Assembly: GCA_030613565.1 (NCBI GenBank)
Contig: JAUWLS010000004.1
Location: 1-46,324 of the forward strand
Reading direction: 5' to 3'
Source: Candidatus Shapirobacteria bacterium
Lineage (GTDB): Bacteria; Patescibacteriota; Microgenomatia; UBA12405; JAUWLS01
Length of the DNA: 46,324 nt
This document shows, piece after piece, positions 16,599 through 25,402 of this stretch. Both the position numbers and the translations under genes were made by a program. The notes under the pieces were generated by a model. That model was given only the letters and a program-made list of their open reading frames with translations, made no database searches and was not told the origin of the DNA. Positions within the stretch are counted from its first letter, which is position 1. Every line of letters begins with the position of its first letter.

Positions 16599-17668
16599 GG
16601 AGTTTTGAGGGAGATTAGCTTTACCCCGGAAAAAGAGGCTTTTAAGGCAGGATCAGCAGAAGTAATGATGGTTTGGTGAGAATCTATGAGAGAAAGGACG
16701 AGATGTTGGTGGTCGGGATCGAGCTCAGAAAAGATATCGTCAAGTAAAAGAAGAGGTGTTTCATTAGTTTTTTCTTTTAAAAAGTGAATTTGGGCAAGGC
16801 GGAGACCCAAAACACCGAGGCGCTGTTGACCACGACTGCCCCAGGCAGCAAGGTCTTTGAGGTCCTGGGGAATGCGAGAGTCAGTGATATGAAAGTCGTC
16901 ACGGTGGGGACCAATAGAGGTAGAGCCTCTAAAAAGATCTTTTTGAAGAGATGAGTCGAGGCTTTTTTGAGTGAGAGGGACGGGTTTGTAGTGGAGTCGA
17001 AGATAAGAGAAGTCTTTTTTATAGTCTTTTAGAAATTGATTAGCAAAATCAAAGAATTGATGGCGAAAATGAAGAATAATGTCGGCGTTTTTAAGGAGAG
17101 ATTGGTCCCAGAAAAGGAGTTCTTCAGGACGGGCTTGGTGGTCACGGACAAGATCAAGGAGTTTGTTTCGGTGAGTAAGGGCGCGGCGATATTGACTAGA
17201 GGCTCGGGCATATTCCCAATCAAGTTGAGAGAGAATTTGATCAAGAAAGTCGCGACGTCGAGAAGGAGAGCCAGTAACAAGGCGGATGTCTTCGGGCTGG
17301 AAGATAACAGATTTTAAGGTTCCTAAATAGTGACGACGGGTTTTTAGAACCTGGTTTTTCAAAAATCGTCTTTTGGGAGTTTTTTTACCAAGGATTTCTC
17401 CAAAAGTAATTTGGACTTCAAGATTAAATTCTTGATTGTCTTTTTCTAAAAGGCCCTGGGCGGAAGCTAGAGGTTGACCCCAGCGGATAAGTTGAGTGAT
17501 ACGTTGGGCACGGAAACTTTTTCCAAGAGAAAGAAGGTGGATGGCTTCCAAAAGATTGGATTTACCAACGCCATTATCCCCTAGAACTAAGTTTATTTTA
17601 GGATCAAGGGTGAAGGTCTTTTGATCGTAGTTTCTGAAGTTTTTTAGAGTGAGAGATTTTAAGTGCAT
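16595..17668 (-). CDS. recF: DNA replication and repair protein RecF
   Basis: NFRNY, GDNGVGKSNLLEAI, SFR, RRRDFLD, GPHRDD, SRGQQR, LLLLDDIFSELD. Confidence 0.96.
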   Translation of the reverse strand: MHLKSLTLKNFRNYDQKTFTLDPKINLVLGDNGVGKSNLLEAIHLLSLGKSFRAQRITQLIRWGQPLASAQGLLEKDNQEFNLEVQITFGEILGKKTPKRRFLKNQVLKTRRHYLGTLKSVIFQPEDIRLVTGSPSRRRDFLDQILSQLDWEYARASSQYRRALTHRNKLLDLVRDHQARPEELLFWDQSLLKNADIILHFRHQFFDFANQFLKDYKKDFSYLRLHYKPVPLTQKSLDSSLQKDLFRGSTSIGPHRDDFHITDSRIPQDLKDLAAWGSRGQQRLGVLGLRLAQIHFLKEKTNETPLLLLDDIFSELDPDHQHLVLSLIDSHQTIITSADPALKASFSGVKLISLKTP

Positions 17669-17709
17669 AAAAAAGGGGTAGGGGTATTATAACTTGATAT
17701 ACTTTTTTA

Positions 17710-18774
17710 GTGAAAAAAATTGTTTTAGGAATTTTTGTTGGTTTGTTGCTGTTATTGAACAGGTCAGGGGTGGCTTGGGCGCAAGGAGAGATGGAGTTTT
17801 ATAAAGCAGAGGTGATAAGAGTGGAAGAAGAAGGAGAGCAAGAGAGTGAATACGGAGAGGAAATTGGGTATCAATGGTTGTTTTTAAGAGGAGAAGAGAT
17901 AGGAGATAAAACAATAAAACATTTTTTAAATCCGGGAGAAAAGAGTTTTTCTGAAAGAGAAAAAGTGGTTTTAATGAAGATGGGAGAAGAATTTAGAATA
18001 ATTGATAGATATAGATTGGATTTGGTTATTAATATAGCAATAGGGCTGGTAATACTAGTGGTTTTGGTGGCCGGGTGGAGAGGTTTTGGTTCACTTTTGG
18101 GAATGGGGCTAAGCTTGGGGGTGATTGTGGGATTTATAGTTCCTAGGATAATAGCCGGCAAGCCTCCTTTGGAAACAACAATAGTGGGATCTATTTTGAT
18201 TTTGGGATTTACAATTTTCCTATCTCACGGGATAAACAAAAAAATCAGTGTGGCCGTGCTTTCAACGGTGGTTTGTTTGATTTTGGCAGGAATAATGTCG
18301 GTGTTATTTGTAAAGCTAACTGGAATAGATGGGCTGGGGTCAGAGGAGGCGTTTTCTTTGAGTTTAGGATTTGGAAAGAAGATCAATTTTGAAGGATTGT
18401 ATTTGGCTTCAATTATTATTGGAACACTGGGAGTACTGGATGATGTGACAGTGGCTCAGAGTTCAACAATATTTGAGATAGCTAGGGCAAATAAGAAATT
18501 GGGAAGGTGGGAATTGTTTTTAAGAGGAATGCGGGTAGGAAGAGAGCATGTGGCATCAATGATTAATACTTTAGTTTTAGCTTATGCAGGATCAAGTTTG
18601 GTTTTGTTTTTGTTGTTTTATATAAACAGAGATAGTCAGCCAGTGTGGGTAGTTTTAAATAGTGGATTGGTAGTAGAAGAAATAGTTAGGTCTTTGGCTG
18701 GAAGTTTGGCAATAGTAATGGCAGTACCTTTGACAACAATGATGGCAGCAGGAGTGTTTGGAAAGAGAAAGTAG
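17710..18774 (+). CDS. YibE/F-family multi-pass membrane protein
   Basis: IIDRYR, IIIGTLGVLDDVTVAQSS, GREHVASMINTLVLAYAG, EEIVRSL. Confidence 0.9.
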   Translation: MKKIVLGIFVGLLLLLNRSGVAWAQGEMEFYKAEVIRVEEEGEQESEYGEEIGYQWLFLRGEEIGDKTIKHFLNPGEKSFSEREKVVLMKMGEEFRIIDRYRLDLVINIAIGLVILVVLVAGWRGFGSLLGMGLSLGVIVGFIVPRIIAGKPPLETTIVGSILILGFTIFLSHGINKKISVAVLSTVVCLILAGIMSVLFVKLTGIDGLGSEEAFSLSLGFGKKINFEGLYLASIIIGTLGVLDDVTVAQSSTIFEIARANKKLGRWELFLRGMRVGREHVASMINTLVLAYAGSSLVLFLLFYINRDSQPVWVVLNSGLVVEEIVRSLAGSLAIVMAVPLTTMMAAGVFGKRK

Positions 18775-18778
18775 GGTT

Positions 18779-19057
18779 TTAATTCTTTTTAATACGAATA
18801 ACATAACCTTTGACAAGGGCGGTGGCAGTTTTTTTGTAGGCAGAGGCAAGGATGCGATGAAAAGTGGGCTGAGAAACTCCCATTCTCCGGGCTGAATCTT
18901 TTTGGTTAAGAGATTTTACTTCATGAAGATCTAGAGCTTCTAGCTCATCATGATTGAGAATTACTTCTTTTAGTTGTCTGGCTGGAACACCTCTGGGTTT
19001 AAAACAAATACAGGAAGGGTTACAGCTTAAAAGACGTTTTATTTTAGGGCGTGGCAT
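18779..19057 (-). CDS. DUF134 (UPF0251) HTH protein
   Basis: MPRPKIKR, FKPRGVP, DELEAL, NQKDSARRMGVSQPTFHRIL. Confidence 0.9.
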   Translation of the reverse strand: MPRPKIKRLLSCNPSCICFKPRGVPARQLKEVILNHDELEALDLHEVKSLNQKDSARRMGVSQPTFHRILASAYKKTATALVKGYVIRIKKN

Positions 19058-19071
19058 ATTAAGAAAGAATA

Positions 19072-19100
19072 CTACACTCAGAGTTTTTCTCCGAGTGTAG
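19072..19100 (-). terminator. Hairpin / intrinsic terminator after the DUF5320 gene
   Basis: CTACACTCGGAG-AAAAA-CTCTGAGTGTAG followed by TATTCTTTCTT on the minus strand. Confidence 0.65.
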
Positions 19101-19117
19101 GATTCCTGGTTGAAAGA

Positions 19118-19393
19118 TTATTTGAAATCTTTAATCATTTGGTCCAATTGGTCTAGTTCCTCTTGGTGGGAGTCTTTTAGATTCTTTTTACAGTCCTCTA
19201 AATCTTTTTTGGTTGGTTTTTGGTTCCACCCAAAACAGAAAGGACAAGGTCTAAAACAACCCCGACCGAAACCGAATCCTCGACCGAAATTTTGTCCAAA
19301 ATTTGAACGACCGAGACGAGGGGGAGGATTTCCTCCTTTTCGACCGGTAAAAGGTCCTTGACCCGAAGGTCCTGTTTTATCTCCTGCTGGCAT
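19118..19393 (-). CDS. DUF5320-family Gly/Arg-rich small protein with a C-terminal coiled coil
   Basis: MPAGDKTGPSGQGPFTGRKGG, GRGFGFGRG; strong SD AAGGAGGTG 6 nt before ATG 19393. Confidence 0.8.
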   Translation of the reverse strand: MPAGDKTGPSGQGPFTGRKGGNPPPRLGRSNFGQNFGRGFGFGRGCFRPCPFCFGWNQKPTKKDLEDCKKNLKDSHQEELDQLDQMIKDFK

Positions 19394-19421
19394 ATTTTTC
19401 ACCTCCTTTTAGGTTTGTTAA

Positions 19422-19467
19422 ATGAATATATATTCATATAATAACAGGGTGAAAGACCATATGTCAA
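19422..19467 (-). promoter_or_regulatory. Promoter of the DUF5320/DUF134 unit with a 16-bp palindrome
   Basis: TTGACA-18nt-TATTAT (extended TG), immediately followed by the perfect palindrome ATGAATATATATTCAT (19422-19437). Confidence 0.75.
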
Positions 19468-19476
19468 GTGTTGAAT

Positions 19477-20166
19477 TTATTTAATAAGAGGAAGAAGATC
19501 TTTTAGATGTTTTACGGAAGGGATGTTTATATCTTTGGGGGGGGTACCATGTCTTTTACTTTCAAAATGGATTGCTTGGATTTTTAGATCAAGAGCTGGG
19601 GCAAGATCATGTTCGTAGTGATCCCCTACTACGAGAGCTTCTTGAGGAATGAGATTGAAATAGTCGAGAGCGTATTGGTATGGGACAGAAGTGGGTTTAT
19701 CTTGATGAAAAAGGTCAGTAGAAAGAAGGAGGTCGACATGAGGAAGAAGACCAGATGACTCTAGTTTTAGATGTTTGTTGATGAATCCTCCGGAACTGAC
19801 AATGGCAATTTTTAAGCCTTTTTCATGAAGAGTTTTTAAGACTTTTAGAGCATCAGGAATGAGAATGATTGTTTCGGGGAGAAATTCGTGCCACCAAGTG
19901 AGAAAGTCAGCAGTGTCCTTTGTAGAGAGCTTTAGGTTGTGGGCAATTCTAGACCAAATATAGTAGCCGATTGATCCGACACGGAGGGTTTTTGGTTCTT
20001 GTCTGGCAAGAGCTAGGTGTTTTTTGTTAAGTTCAATGATTTTCCCTTTGGGAAGGTTGAATCTTTCTTGAGCACGCTGATCTATTTTTTCAAGGATTTT
20101 GGGCCAGGAAGAAATGTTATCAATAAGAGTGTCGTCAAGATCAAAAATGATGAGTTTTTTGGACAT
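19477..20166 (-). CDS. HAD-superfamily hydrolase (subfamily IA)
   Basis: IIFDLDDTL, IVSS, KP, VGDHYEHD; start moved to ATG 20166 (TATTAT-5nt-ATG). Confidence 0.92.
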   Translation of the reverse strand: MSKKLIIFDLDDTLIDNISSWPKILEKIDQRAQERFNLPKGKIIELNKKHLALARQEPKTLRVGSIGYYIWSRIAHNLKLSTKDTADFLTWWHEFLPETIILIPDALKVLKTLHEKGLKIAIVSSGGFINKHLKLESSGLLPHVDLLLSTDLFHQDKPTSVPYQYALDYFNLIPQEALVVGDHYEHDLAPALDLKIQAIHFESKRHGTPPKDINIPSVKHLKDLLPLIK

Positions 20167-20219
20167 AGGAAATAATAGCATGGTAGATGAAGTGAAAAAG
20201 AAGCTCTATAATGGACTTT

Positions 20220-21134
20220 ATGAAATATGATGTGGTGATAGTCGGGTCAGGACCTGCGGGATGGACAGCAGGGATTTATGCGGTACGAGCGGATTTGAAG
20301 GTGTTAGTAGTTGAAGGAGATCAACCAGGAGGACAGTTAACGATCACGACTAAAGTAGATAATTACCCAGGATTTTCGGAAGGAATAAATGGGCCAGAAT
20401 TAATGGAGGTAATGAAGAAACAAGCGGTGAACTTGGGGGTGGAGGTCAAAGGGGGGTTGGTTTCTGGAATAGAAAAGACAGAAAGTGGTTTTGTGGTGAA
20501 AATGGGAAGGGAAGGAATAGAAACAAGATCAGTGATAGTGACTACAGGGGCTAGAGCAAGGTGGTTGGGAGTGCCCGGAGAGAAGGAGTTGATGGGTAAA
20601 GGAGTGTCAGGGTGTGCCACCTGTGATGGAATGTTTTTTAAAGATAAAGAAGTAGCAGTAATTGGAGGAGGAGACAGTGCAGTAGAAGAAGCGACGTTTT
20701 TAACAAGGTTTTGTAAAAAAGTTTATATAGTACATAGAAGAGATAGTCTAAGAGCGACGGCAAGTGAGCAAAAAAGGGTTTTTTCTAACAAAAAGATTGA
20801 AATGGTATGGAATAGTCAGGTAAAAGAATTTGTAGGGAAAGAAAGATTAGAGGGAGTGAAAATTGTAGATAAGGATGGGAAAGAAAGTCTACTAAAAGTG
20901 GAAGGGGCTTTTGTGGCCATAGGGAGAGATCCAGCAACTGAGTTTTTGGAAGGAAAAGTTGAATTGTTTGAGAGTGGACATATAAAGGTGGGATTCTTGG
21001 AGAGAGAAACAATGACAAGTGTGGAGGGAATATTTGCGGCAGGAGATTGTGTAGATCAGAAGTTTAGACAGGCAGTAGTTTCAGCAGGAATGGGATGTAA
21101 GGCGGCGATGGAAGTAGAAAAATGGTTGGGATAG
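20220..21134 (+). CDS. trxB: Thioredoxin-disulfide reductase
   Basis: GSGPAG, GGQL, CATCDG, GGGDSA, HRRD, FAAGD; start moved to ATG 20220 (TATAAT-7nt-ATG). Confidence 0.97.
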   Translation: MKYDVVIVGSGPAGWTAGIYAVRADLKVLVVEGDQPGGQLTITTKVDNYPGFSEGINGPELMEVMKKQAVNLGVEVKGGLVSGIEKTESGFVVKMGREGIETRSVIVTTGARARWLGVPGEKELMGKGVSGCATCDGMFFKDKEVAVIGGGDSAVEEATFLTRFCKKVYIVHRRDSLRATASEQKRVFSNKKIEMVWNSQVKEFVGKERLEGVKIVDKDGKESLLKVEGAFVAIGRDPATEFLEGKVELFESGHIKVGFLERETMTSVEGIFAAGDCVDQKFRQAVVSAGMGCKAAMEVEKWLG

Positions 21135-21170
21135 TTTTAATTTTTGCGTAGGGGATGGTATATTTTGAGC

Positions 21171-21326
21171 ATGTGTGAAGGTAAAAAGGAAGGCTGTGGG
21201 CTCTGCGCTCGTCAAGGACTGATCGAGTTAAGAGAAGTTACGGTTTTACCTCAAGGTAAGGTACCAGAAATAAGAGAATGTAGTGGTAAAAAACAGGAAG
21301 TGGTTATAGTAGTGAAAACAGGTTAA
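21171..21326 (+). CDS. Orphan 51-aa microprotein with 4 Cys
   Basis: MCEGKKEGCGLC...REC; TG-G-TATATT-6nt-ATG. Confidence 0.55.
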   Translation: MCEGKKEGCGLCARQGLIELREVTVLPQGKVPEIRECSGKKQEVVIVVKTG

Positions 21327-21346
21327 GTTTTGGTATAATATATATT

Positions 21347-21625
21347 ATGGGATTCAATAGCTGGAGATTGAGACAAAAACTAGAGGGAAGAAACGGGAGA
21401 CCAGCGAGTGTTAGTTTGTCAAAAATTGCAAATATTGCGTGCTATTCAGGGAGTGGGGGTTGTGCACAAGGCGAAAGGTGTTTTGCTCAGCGTGTAAGAT
21501 TTGGGGCAGGACCTTTACCAGAAAGAACTGATAGTAGAGGAAGAAAGGTTTATACGGGACGGTGCCCTGAAAGTGGCCAGTTGGTACAGGTGAGAGTACA
21601 AAGAAAAAGAGGAATAAGATGGTAA
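21347..21625 (+). CDS. Orphan 92-aa basic protein with 4 Cys
   Basis: C-x6-C-x5-C...CP; TG-G-TATAAT-7nt-ATG. Confidence 0.65.
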   Translation: MGFNSWRLRQKLEGRNGRPASVSLSKIANIACYSGSGGCAQGERCFAQRVRFGAGPLPERTDSRGRKVYTGRCPESGQLVQVRVQRKRGIRW

Positions 21626-21635
21626 AATCCTTTAG

Positions 21636-22739
21636 ATGAAAATAGCTTTAGTTCATGACTATTTAAGGGAATTTGGAGGAGCAGAAAGAGTATTAAAAAC
21701 CTTATCAGAAATGTATCCTGAGGCGCCGATTCATACAGCATTTCGGGTTAAAAATTCGAGAGCTGGAAAAGCGTTTTCAGGTAAGAAGATAAAGGAAAGT
21801 TGGTTAGCACCTTTGTTAAAGTTGGGAAAATTTTATAGTCCATTGAGGTTTTTAGCCCCGGTAGTGTGGAGAAGTATGGATTTATCCGGGTACGACGTAG
21901 TGATCACATCAGCTAGTTGGTATATAACAAGGGGTTTTAGGGTGGGAAAGAATACGAAAGTGATTTGTTATTGCCATACTCCCCCGCGGTATTTATATGG
22001 CTACAAGACATCGGTGGAGTGGCAGAAATATTTTATAGTCAGATTGTATGCTGTAGTGGTTAATCATTTTTTGAGGCTTTACGATTTTTGGTCAGCTGGA
22101 ACAGTAGATAAATGGTTAGTTAACTCAAAAAATGTAGAAAAAAGGGTAAAGAAGTTTTACAAGAAGAATTCAGAGGTGGTTTATCCGCCAATAAAAGTGA
22201 AAGAATTGGTTGAGGCAAGTAAAGGGGTAAAAAAGAAGGACTACTTTTTGATTGTTTCAAGGCTAGTAGGAGCAAAAGGATTAGAGGAGGCAGTGAGAGC
22301 AGCAAATAAGTTGGGCTTTGAACTAAGGATTGTAGGAGAGGCAGCTGGATTTTCAGGAGTGGAAGAGAGGATTAAAAAGATGGGAGGCAAAAAAGTAAAA
22401 CTTTTGGGAAGAGTGAGTGATAAAAGACTTTATGAACTGTATGCAGAAGCAAGGGGTTTTATTGCACTGGCTCAAGAAGAAGATTTTGGGATGACGGTAG
22501 TAGAGGCAATGGCGGCTGGGACAGCAGTGATTGGATTTGCCGGGGGGGGATTTAAAGAATCAATAGTTGATGGTAAAACAGGAGTGTTTATAGAGGGAGT
22601 GGATGAAGAGACCATAGGAAAGGCGATGAAAAGATTTTTTAAAATTAAGTGGAAAAAAGAGGAGATACAAAAGTGGGCAAAGAATTTCTCAAGAGAAGAA
22701 TTTGAGAAGAGAATAAAAAAGACAGTAGGATCAGTTTAG
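21636..22739 (+). CDS. Glycosyltransferase family 4 (GT-B)
   Basis: MKIALVHDYL..FGGAERVL, YCHTPPRYLY, EDFGMTVVEAMAAG. Confidence 0.93.
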   Translation: MKIALVHDYLREFGGAERVLKTLSEMYPEAPIHTAFRVKNSRAGKAFSGKKIKESWLAPLLKLGKFYSPLRFLAPVVWRSMDLSGYDVVITSASWYITRGFRVGKNTKVICYCHTPPRYLYGYKTSVEWQKYFIVRLYAVVVNHFLRLYDFWSAGTVDKWLVNSKNVEKRVKKFYKKNSEVVYPPIKVKELVEASKGVKKKDYFLIVSRLVGAKGLEEAVRAANKLGFELRIVGEAAGFSGVEERIKKMGGKKVKLLGRVSDKRLYELYAEARGFIALAQEEDFGMTVVEAMAAGTAVIGFAGGGFKESIVDGKTGVFIEGVDEETIGKAMKRFFKIKWKKEEIQKWAKNFSREEFEKRIKKTVGSV

Positions 22740-23656
22740 AAAAGAGAGGGTTGAGAAGATGGTGGTTTTTCCTTCTTGGGAAGAGGTTTTTGCTGTTTTT
22801 CAACACGAGAGACAAGGGATCTGAAGTTTAGGCGTTGGAAAGTGGTTTTGAAATGGTCAAGGTTTTTGGGTTGCCAACGGACTTTTTTTAAAGATAGTTT
22901 TGAAGGTACGGTATCGATAATTTGAGCAAGGGATTGAGAAAGGTAAGCGTCATCCTTGGCTTTCTCTATCTTTTCTTTTAGATTGGGTTTAATTTTGTTG
23001 AGGTTATTGTAGATATTATCCAGAGAACCAAACTCATCAAGGAGAGTGGTGGCAGTTTTGGGCCCAACACCGACAATGCCAGGGTAGTTATCGGATGGAT
23101 CCCCCATTAAAGCTTTGAGGTCGACAACTTGGGAAGGTTTAACACCAAGTTTTTGTTTAACTTCTTTTGGTCCAAAGGTTTGAGTGACAGAGAGGCCACG
23201 GATGGGCATGTAGAGACTGACTTTTTTGGTGACTAGCTGCATAAGATCTTTATCACCAGTAATAATGGTTACTCTGGATTTAGGTTTTAATTTCATGAAT
23301 TTTTTGGCAAGAGTGGCCAAGAGATCATCGGCTTCGTAACCTTTTCTCATGAAGGTGGCGATTTTTAAGTCAGACAAAAGTTCGTGAGCTAAGGGAAACT
23401 GAGAGATGAGGTCAGGGTCAGTTGGTTTTCGATTAGCACGATAGGCAATGTAAAGATCGTTTCTAAAGTTAGGTCCTGGAGGATCCATACAGACAGCAAA
23501 ATAGTCGGGTTTTAAATCTTTTATGCTTTTTAAAAGCATAGTAGAAAAACCATAAATGGCATTAGTGGGGCCAAGACCAGAGGTATTTAATTTAGGAAGA
23601 GCATGGTAAGCACGGTGAAGAATGGCGTGACCATCAATTAAAAGAAAGTGGGACAT
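22736..23656 (-). CDS. Stand-alone 5'-3' exonuclease / flap endonuclease (PolA N-terminal domain only)
   Basis: LIDGHAILHRAYHA, YRANR, EADD, TGDKD, GDPSDNYPG, GPKTA; no polymerase domain; C-terminal QPSLF. Confidence 0.93.
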   Translation of the reverse strand: MSHFLLIDGHAILHRAYHALPKLNTSGLGPTNAIYGFSTMLLKSIKDLKPDYFAVCMDPPGPNFRNDLYIAYRANRKPTDPDLISQFPLAHELLSDLKIATFMRKGYEADDLLATLAKKFMKLKPKSRVTIITGDKDLMQLVTKKVSLYMPIRGLSVTQTFGPKEVKQKLGVKPSQVVDLKALMGDPSDNYPGIVGVGPKTATTLLDEFGSLDNIYNNLNKIKPNLKEKIEKAKDDAYLSQSLAQIIDTVPSKLSLKKVRWQPKNLDHFKTTFQRLNFRSLVSRVEKQQKPLPKKEKPPSSQPSLF

Positions 23657-23675
23657 ATTGGATTTTATCATTGGT

Positions 23676-23709
23676 TTGACAATTCATAACTAATGTAATA
23701 GAATTACAT
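23676..23709 (+). promoter_or_regulatory. Sigma70 promoter of the second vapBC pair with an inverted-repeat operator
   Basis: TTGACA-17nt-TAGAAT; ATGTAAT-aga-ATTACAT (23693-23709) overlaps the -10. Confidence 0.8.
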
Positions 23710-23714
23710 CACTT

Positions 23715-24002
23715 ATGAAAACAGCAGTACATACAGTAAGAACTCAAATATCACTTTCTCCTGAACTTAAAAGTCTTATCGAAAAAGAAGGCAAGGAATT
23801 AAAGGAAAGTTTGAGCCAGTATCTGAGAAGGGCAGCAATTTTAAGATTGGCCCTGACTGAAATTGATGATACGAATTTAAAAGATTTAAGGGCAATGGTG
23901 ATAGGCAGTGTTAGTAAAGATGAAAGTGGGTGGAAAAAAACAGAAAACATTAGTGATTGGCAAAGAAATAGAAGAAAAGAAGAGGATGGGCACCGAAACT
24001 AA
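23715..24002 (+). CDS. RHH-type antitoxin
   Basis: RTQISL...ESLSQYLRRA; C-terminal W..RR; upstream of and overlapping the PIN gene. Confidence 0.75.
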   Translation: MKTAVHTVRTQISLSPELKSLIEKEGKELKESLSQYLRRAAILRLALTEIDDTNLKDLRAMVIGSVSKDESGWKKTENISDWQRNRRKEEDGHRN

Positions 24003-24384
24003 ATATTTATTGGATACAAATGTAATTCTGGAAGCTTTTTGGGGTAAAAAAAGAGTTGCAGATAAGGTTGGTGAGTGGATTGAGTCGGGTAAGATAGTGA
24101 TTTCAGTGGTTTGTATGGCCGAAATATTGTCAAAGTCTTCAAAGAAAGAGGAAGAGATGTTAAGAATGTTGATTAAAAAGTTTGGAGTGCTTGAGATAAA
24201 CCAAGAAATCGCCGAATTAGCAGGAAAATATAGGTTTGAATTTTTAAGAAAAAAGAAAAGAGTTTATCTTTTGGATTGCTTCATAGCGGCTACAGCCAAA
24301 CTTCATGGATTAACTTTAGTCACGAGAAATGTAAAAGATTATCCAATGAAAGATATAAAGGTTTTGAACCCAAGCAAGGACTAA
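23986..24384 (+). CDS. vapC: PIN-domain VapC-family toxin
   Basis: YLLDTNV, MAEIL, LDCFIAATA, LVTRNVKDY; start moved to ATG 23986. Confidence 0.92.
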   Translation: MGTETKYLLDTNVILEAFWGKKRVADKVGEWIESGKIVISVVCMAEILSKSSKKEEEMLRMLIKKFGVLEINQEIAELAGKYRFEFLRKKKRVYLLDCFIAATAKLHGLTLVTRNVKDYPMKDIKVLNPSKD

Positions 24385-24429
24385 GTGGGGCTTTTGTGTC
24401 TTAGAGCTTTTGTGTAAGATTAGTTAGGT

Positions 24430-25392
24430 ATGGAACAACATCCAATTCCCCAACAAATATCAAGCTATGAGTTTAAGTTGGTGGGGAATATGACACTGAA
24501 ACAATTTGGGAAACTGGCGGTGGGGGTAGTGTTGGGTTTGATTCTTTTTTCTTCAGGATTACCATTTTTAATTAAGTGGCCATTGATTTTTATATGTGTG
24601 GGAGGGGGGGCAGCAATAGCTTTTGTGCCCTACCAAGATAGACCTTTGGAAATGTGGATTTCTTATCTTATTAAAAGAATTTACTCTCCAACAGTTTACC
24701 TTTATCAAAAGAGTAGTGATCCTAATTGGTTGGATTTGGATAGAAGTCTTTCTTCCAAAAAGGAAGATGAAGAAAGGGTGGAGATGAAATCAAAAGGTAA
24801 GGTAAATGAGTTTATTTCTTCATTACCTGAGGAAAATGATAAAGAGGTAAAGTTTGGGAGGGTGAGATTTCAAAAGACGAAGCAAGAGCTGAAAGTGGAG
24901 GAAGAGGAAAAAAGAAAAGAAAGAAGAAGAAAAATGGAAGCAAAGGCGGTTGAAGCCGTGCAAGATGCTCCCGAAGAAGAAGGAGTGAAAGTAGAAGAGG
25001 TGGGAGCAGCAAGCGAAAAAGCCAGAAAAGAAGTCGGATTAGGGCTAAAAAGAAAGATAAGTCAGGCAACAGCAGATGCCCATCATTCAGATATTCCAAT
25101 GCCTAAAACCCCAACAATACCGAATATTATTGTAGGGATGGTTTTTGACGAAAGGGCAAAGATTGTAGAAAATGCGATCGTAGAAGTTCAAGATATGGAA
25201 GGGAACCCAATGAGGGCTTTAAGGACTAATGCACTGGGTCAGTTTCAAACAGCATCTCCTCTGAGAAGTGGAGAATATGTGATAATCACAGAGAGAGAAG
25301 GAATTACCTTTGATATAATCAAAATTAAGTTAATTGGTGAGGTAGTTGGACCTATAAGAATAAAGGCAAAATCGGAAAAAATATTAAATTAA
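24430..25392 (+). CDS. PrgI-family (VirB3-like) membrane protein with a C-terminal carboxypeptidase-regulatory-like domain
   Basis: MEQHPIPQQISSYEFKLVGNMTLKQF, two TMs, DRPL; C-terminal IVENAIVEV..RALRTNALGQF. Confidence 0.85.
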   Translation: MEQHPIPQQISSYEFKLVGNMTLKQFGKLAVGVVLGLILFSSGLPFLIKWPLIFICVGGGAAIAFVPYQDRPLEMWISYLIKRIYSPTVYLYQKSSDPNWLDLDRSLSSKKEDEERVEMKSKGKVNEFISSLPEENDKEVKFGRVRFQKTKQELKVEEEEKRKERRRKMEAKAVEAVQDAPEEEGVKVEEVGAASEKARKEVGLGLKRKISQATADAHHSDIPMPKTPTIPNIIVGMVFDERAKIVENAIVEVQDMEGNPMRALRTNALGQFQTASPLRSGEYVIITEREGITFDIIKIKLIGEVVGPIRIKAKSEKILN

Positions 25393-25402
25393 CAACCTGT
25401 CC

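Noticed and set aside
24390-24415. 10-bp direct repeat GCTTTTGTGT upstream of prgI
   Set aside because: Only two short low-complexity copies; could be an insertion scar or operator but cannot be supported.
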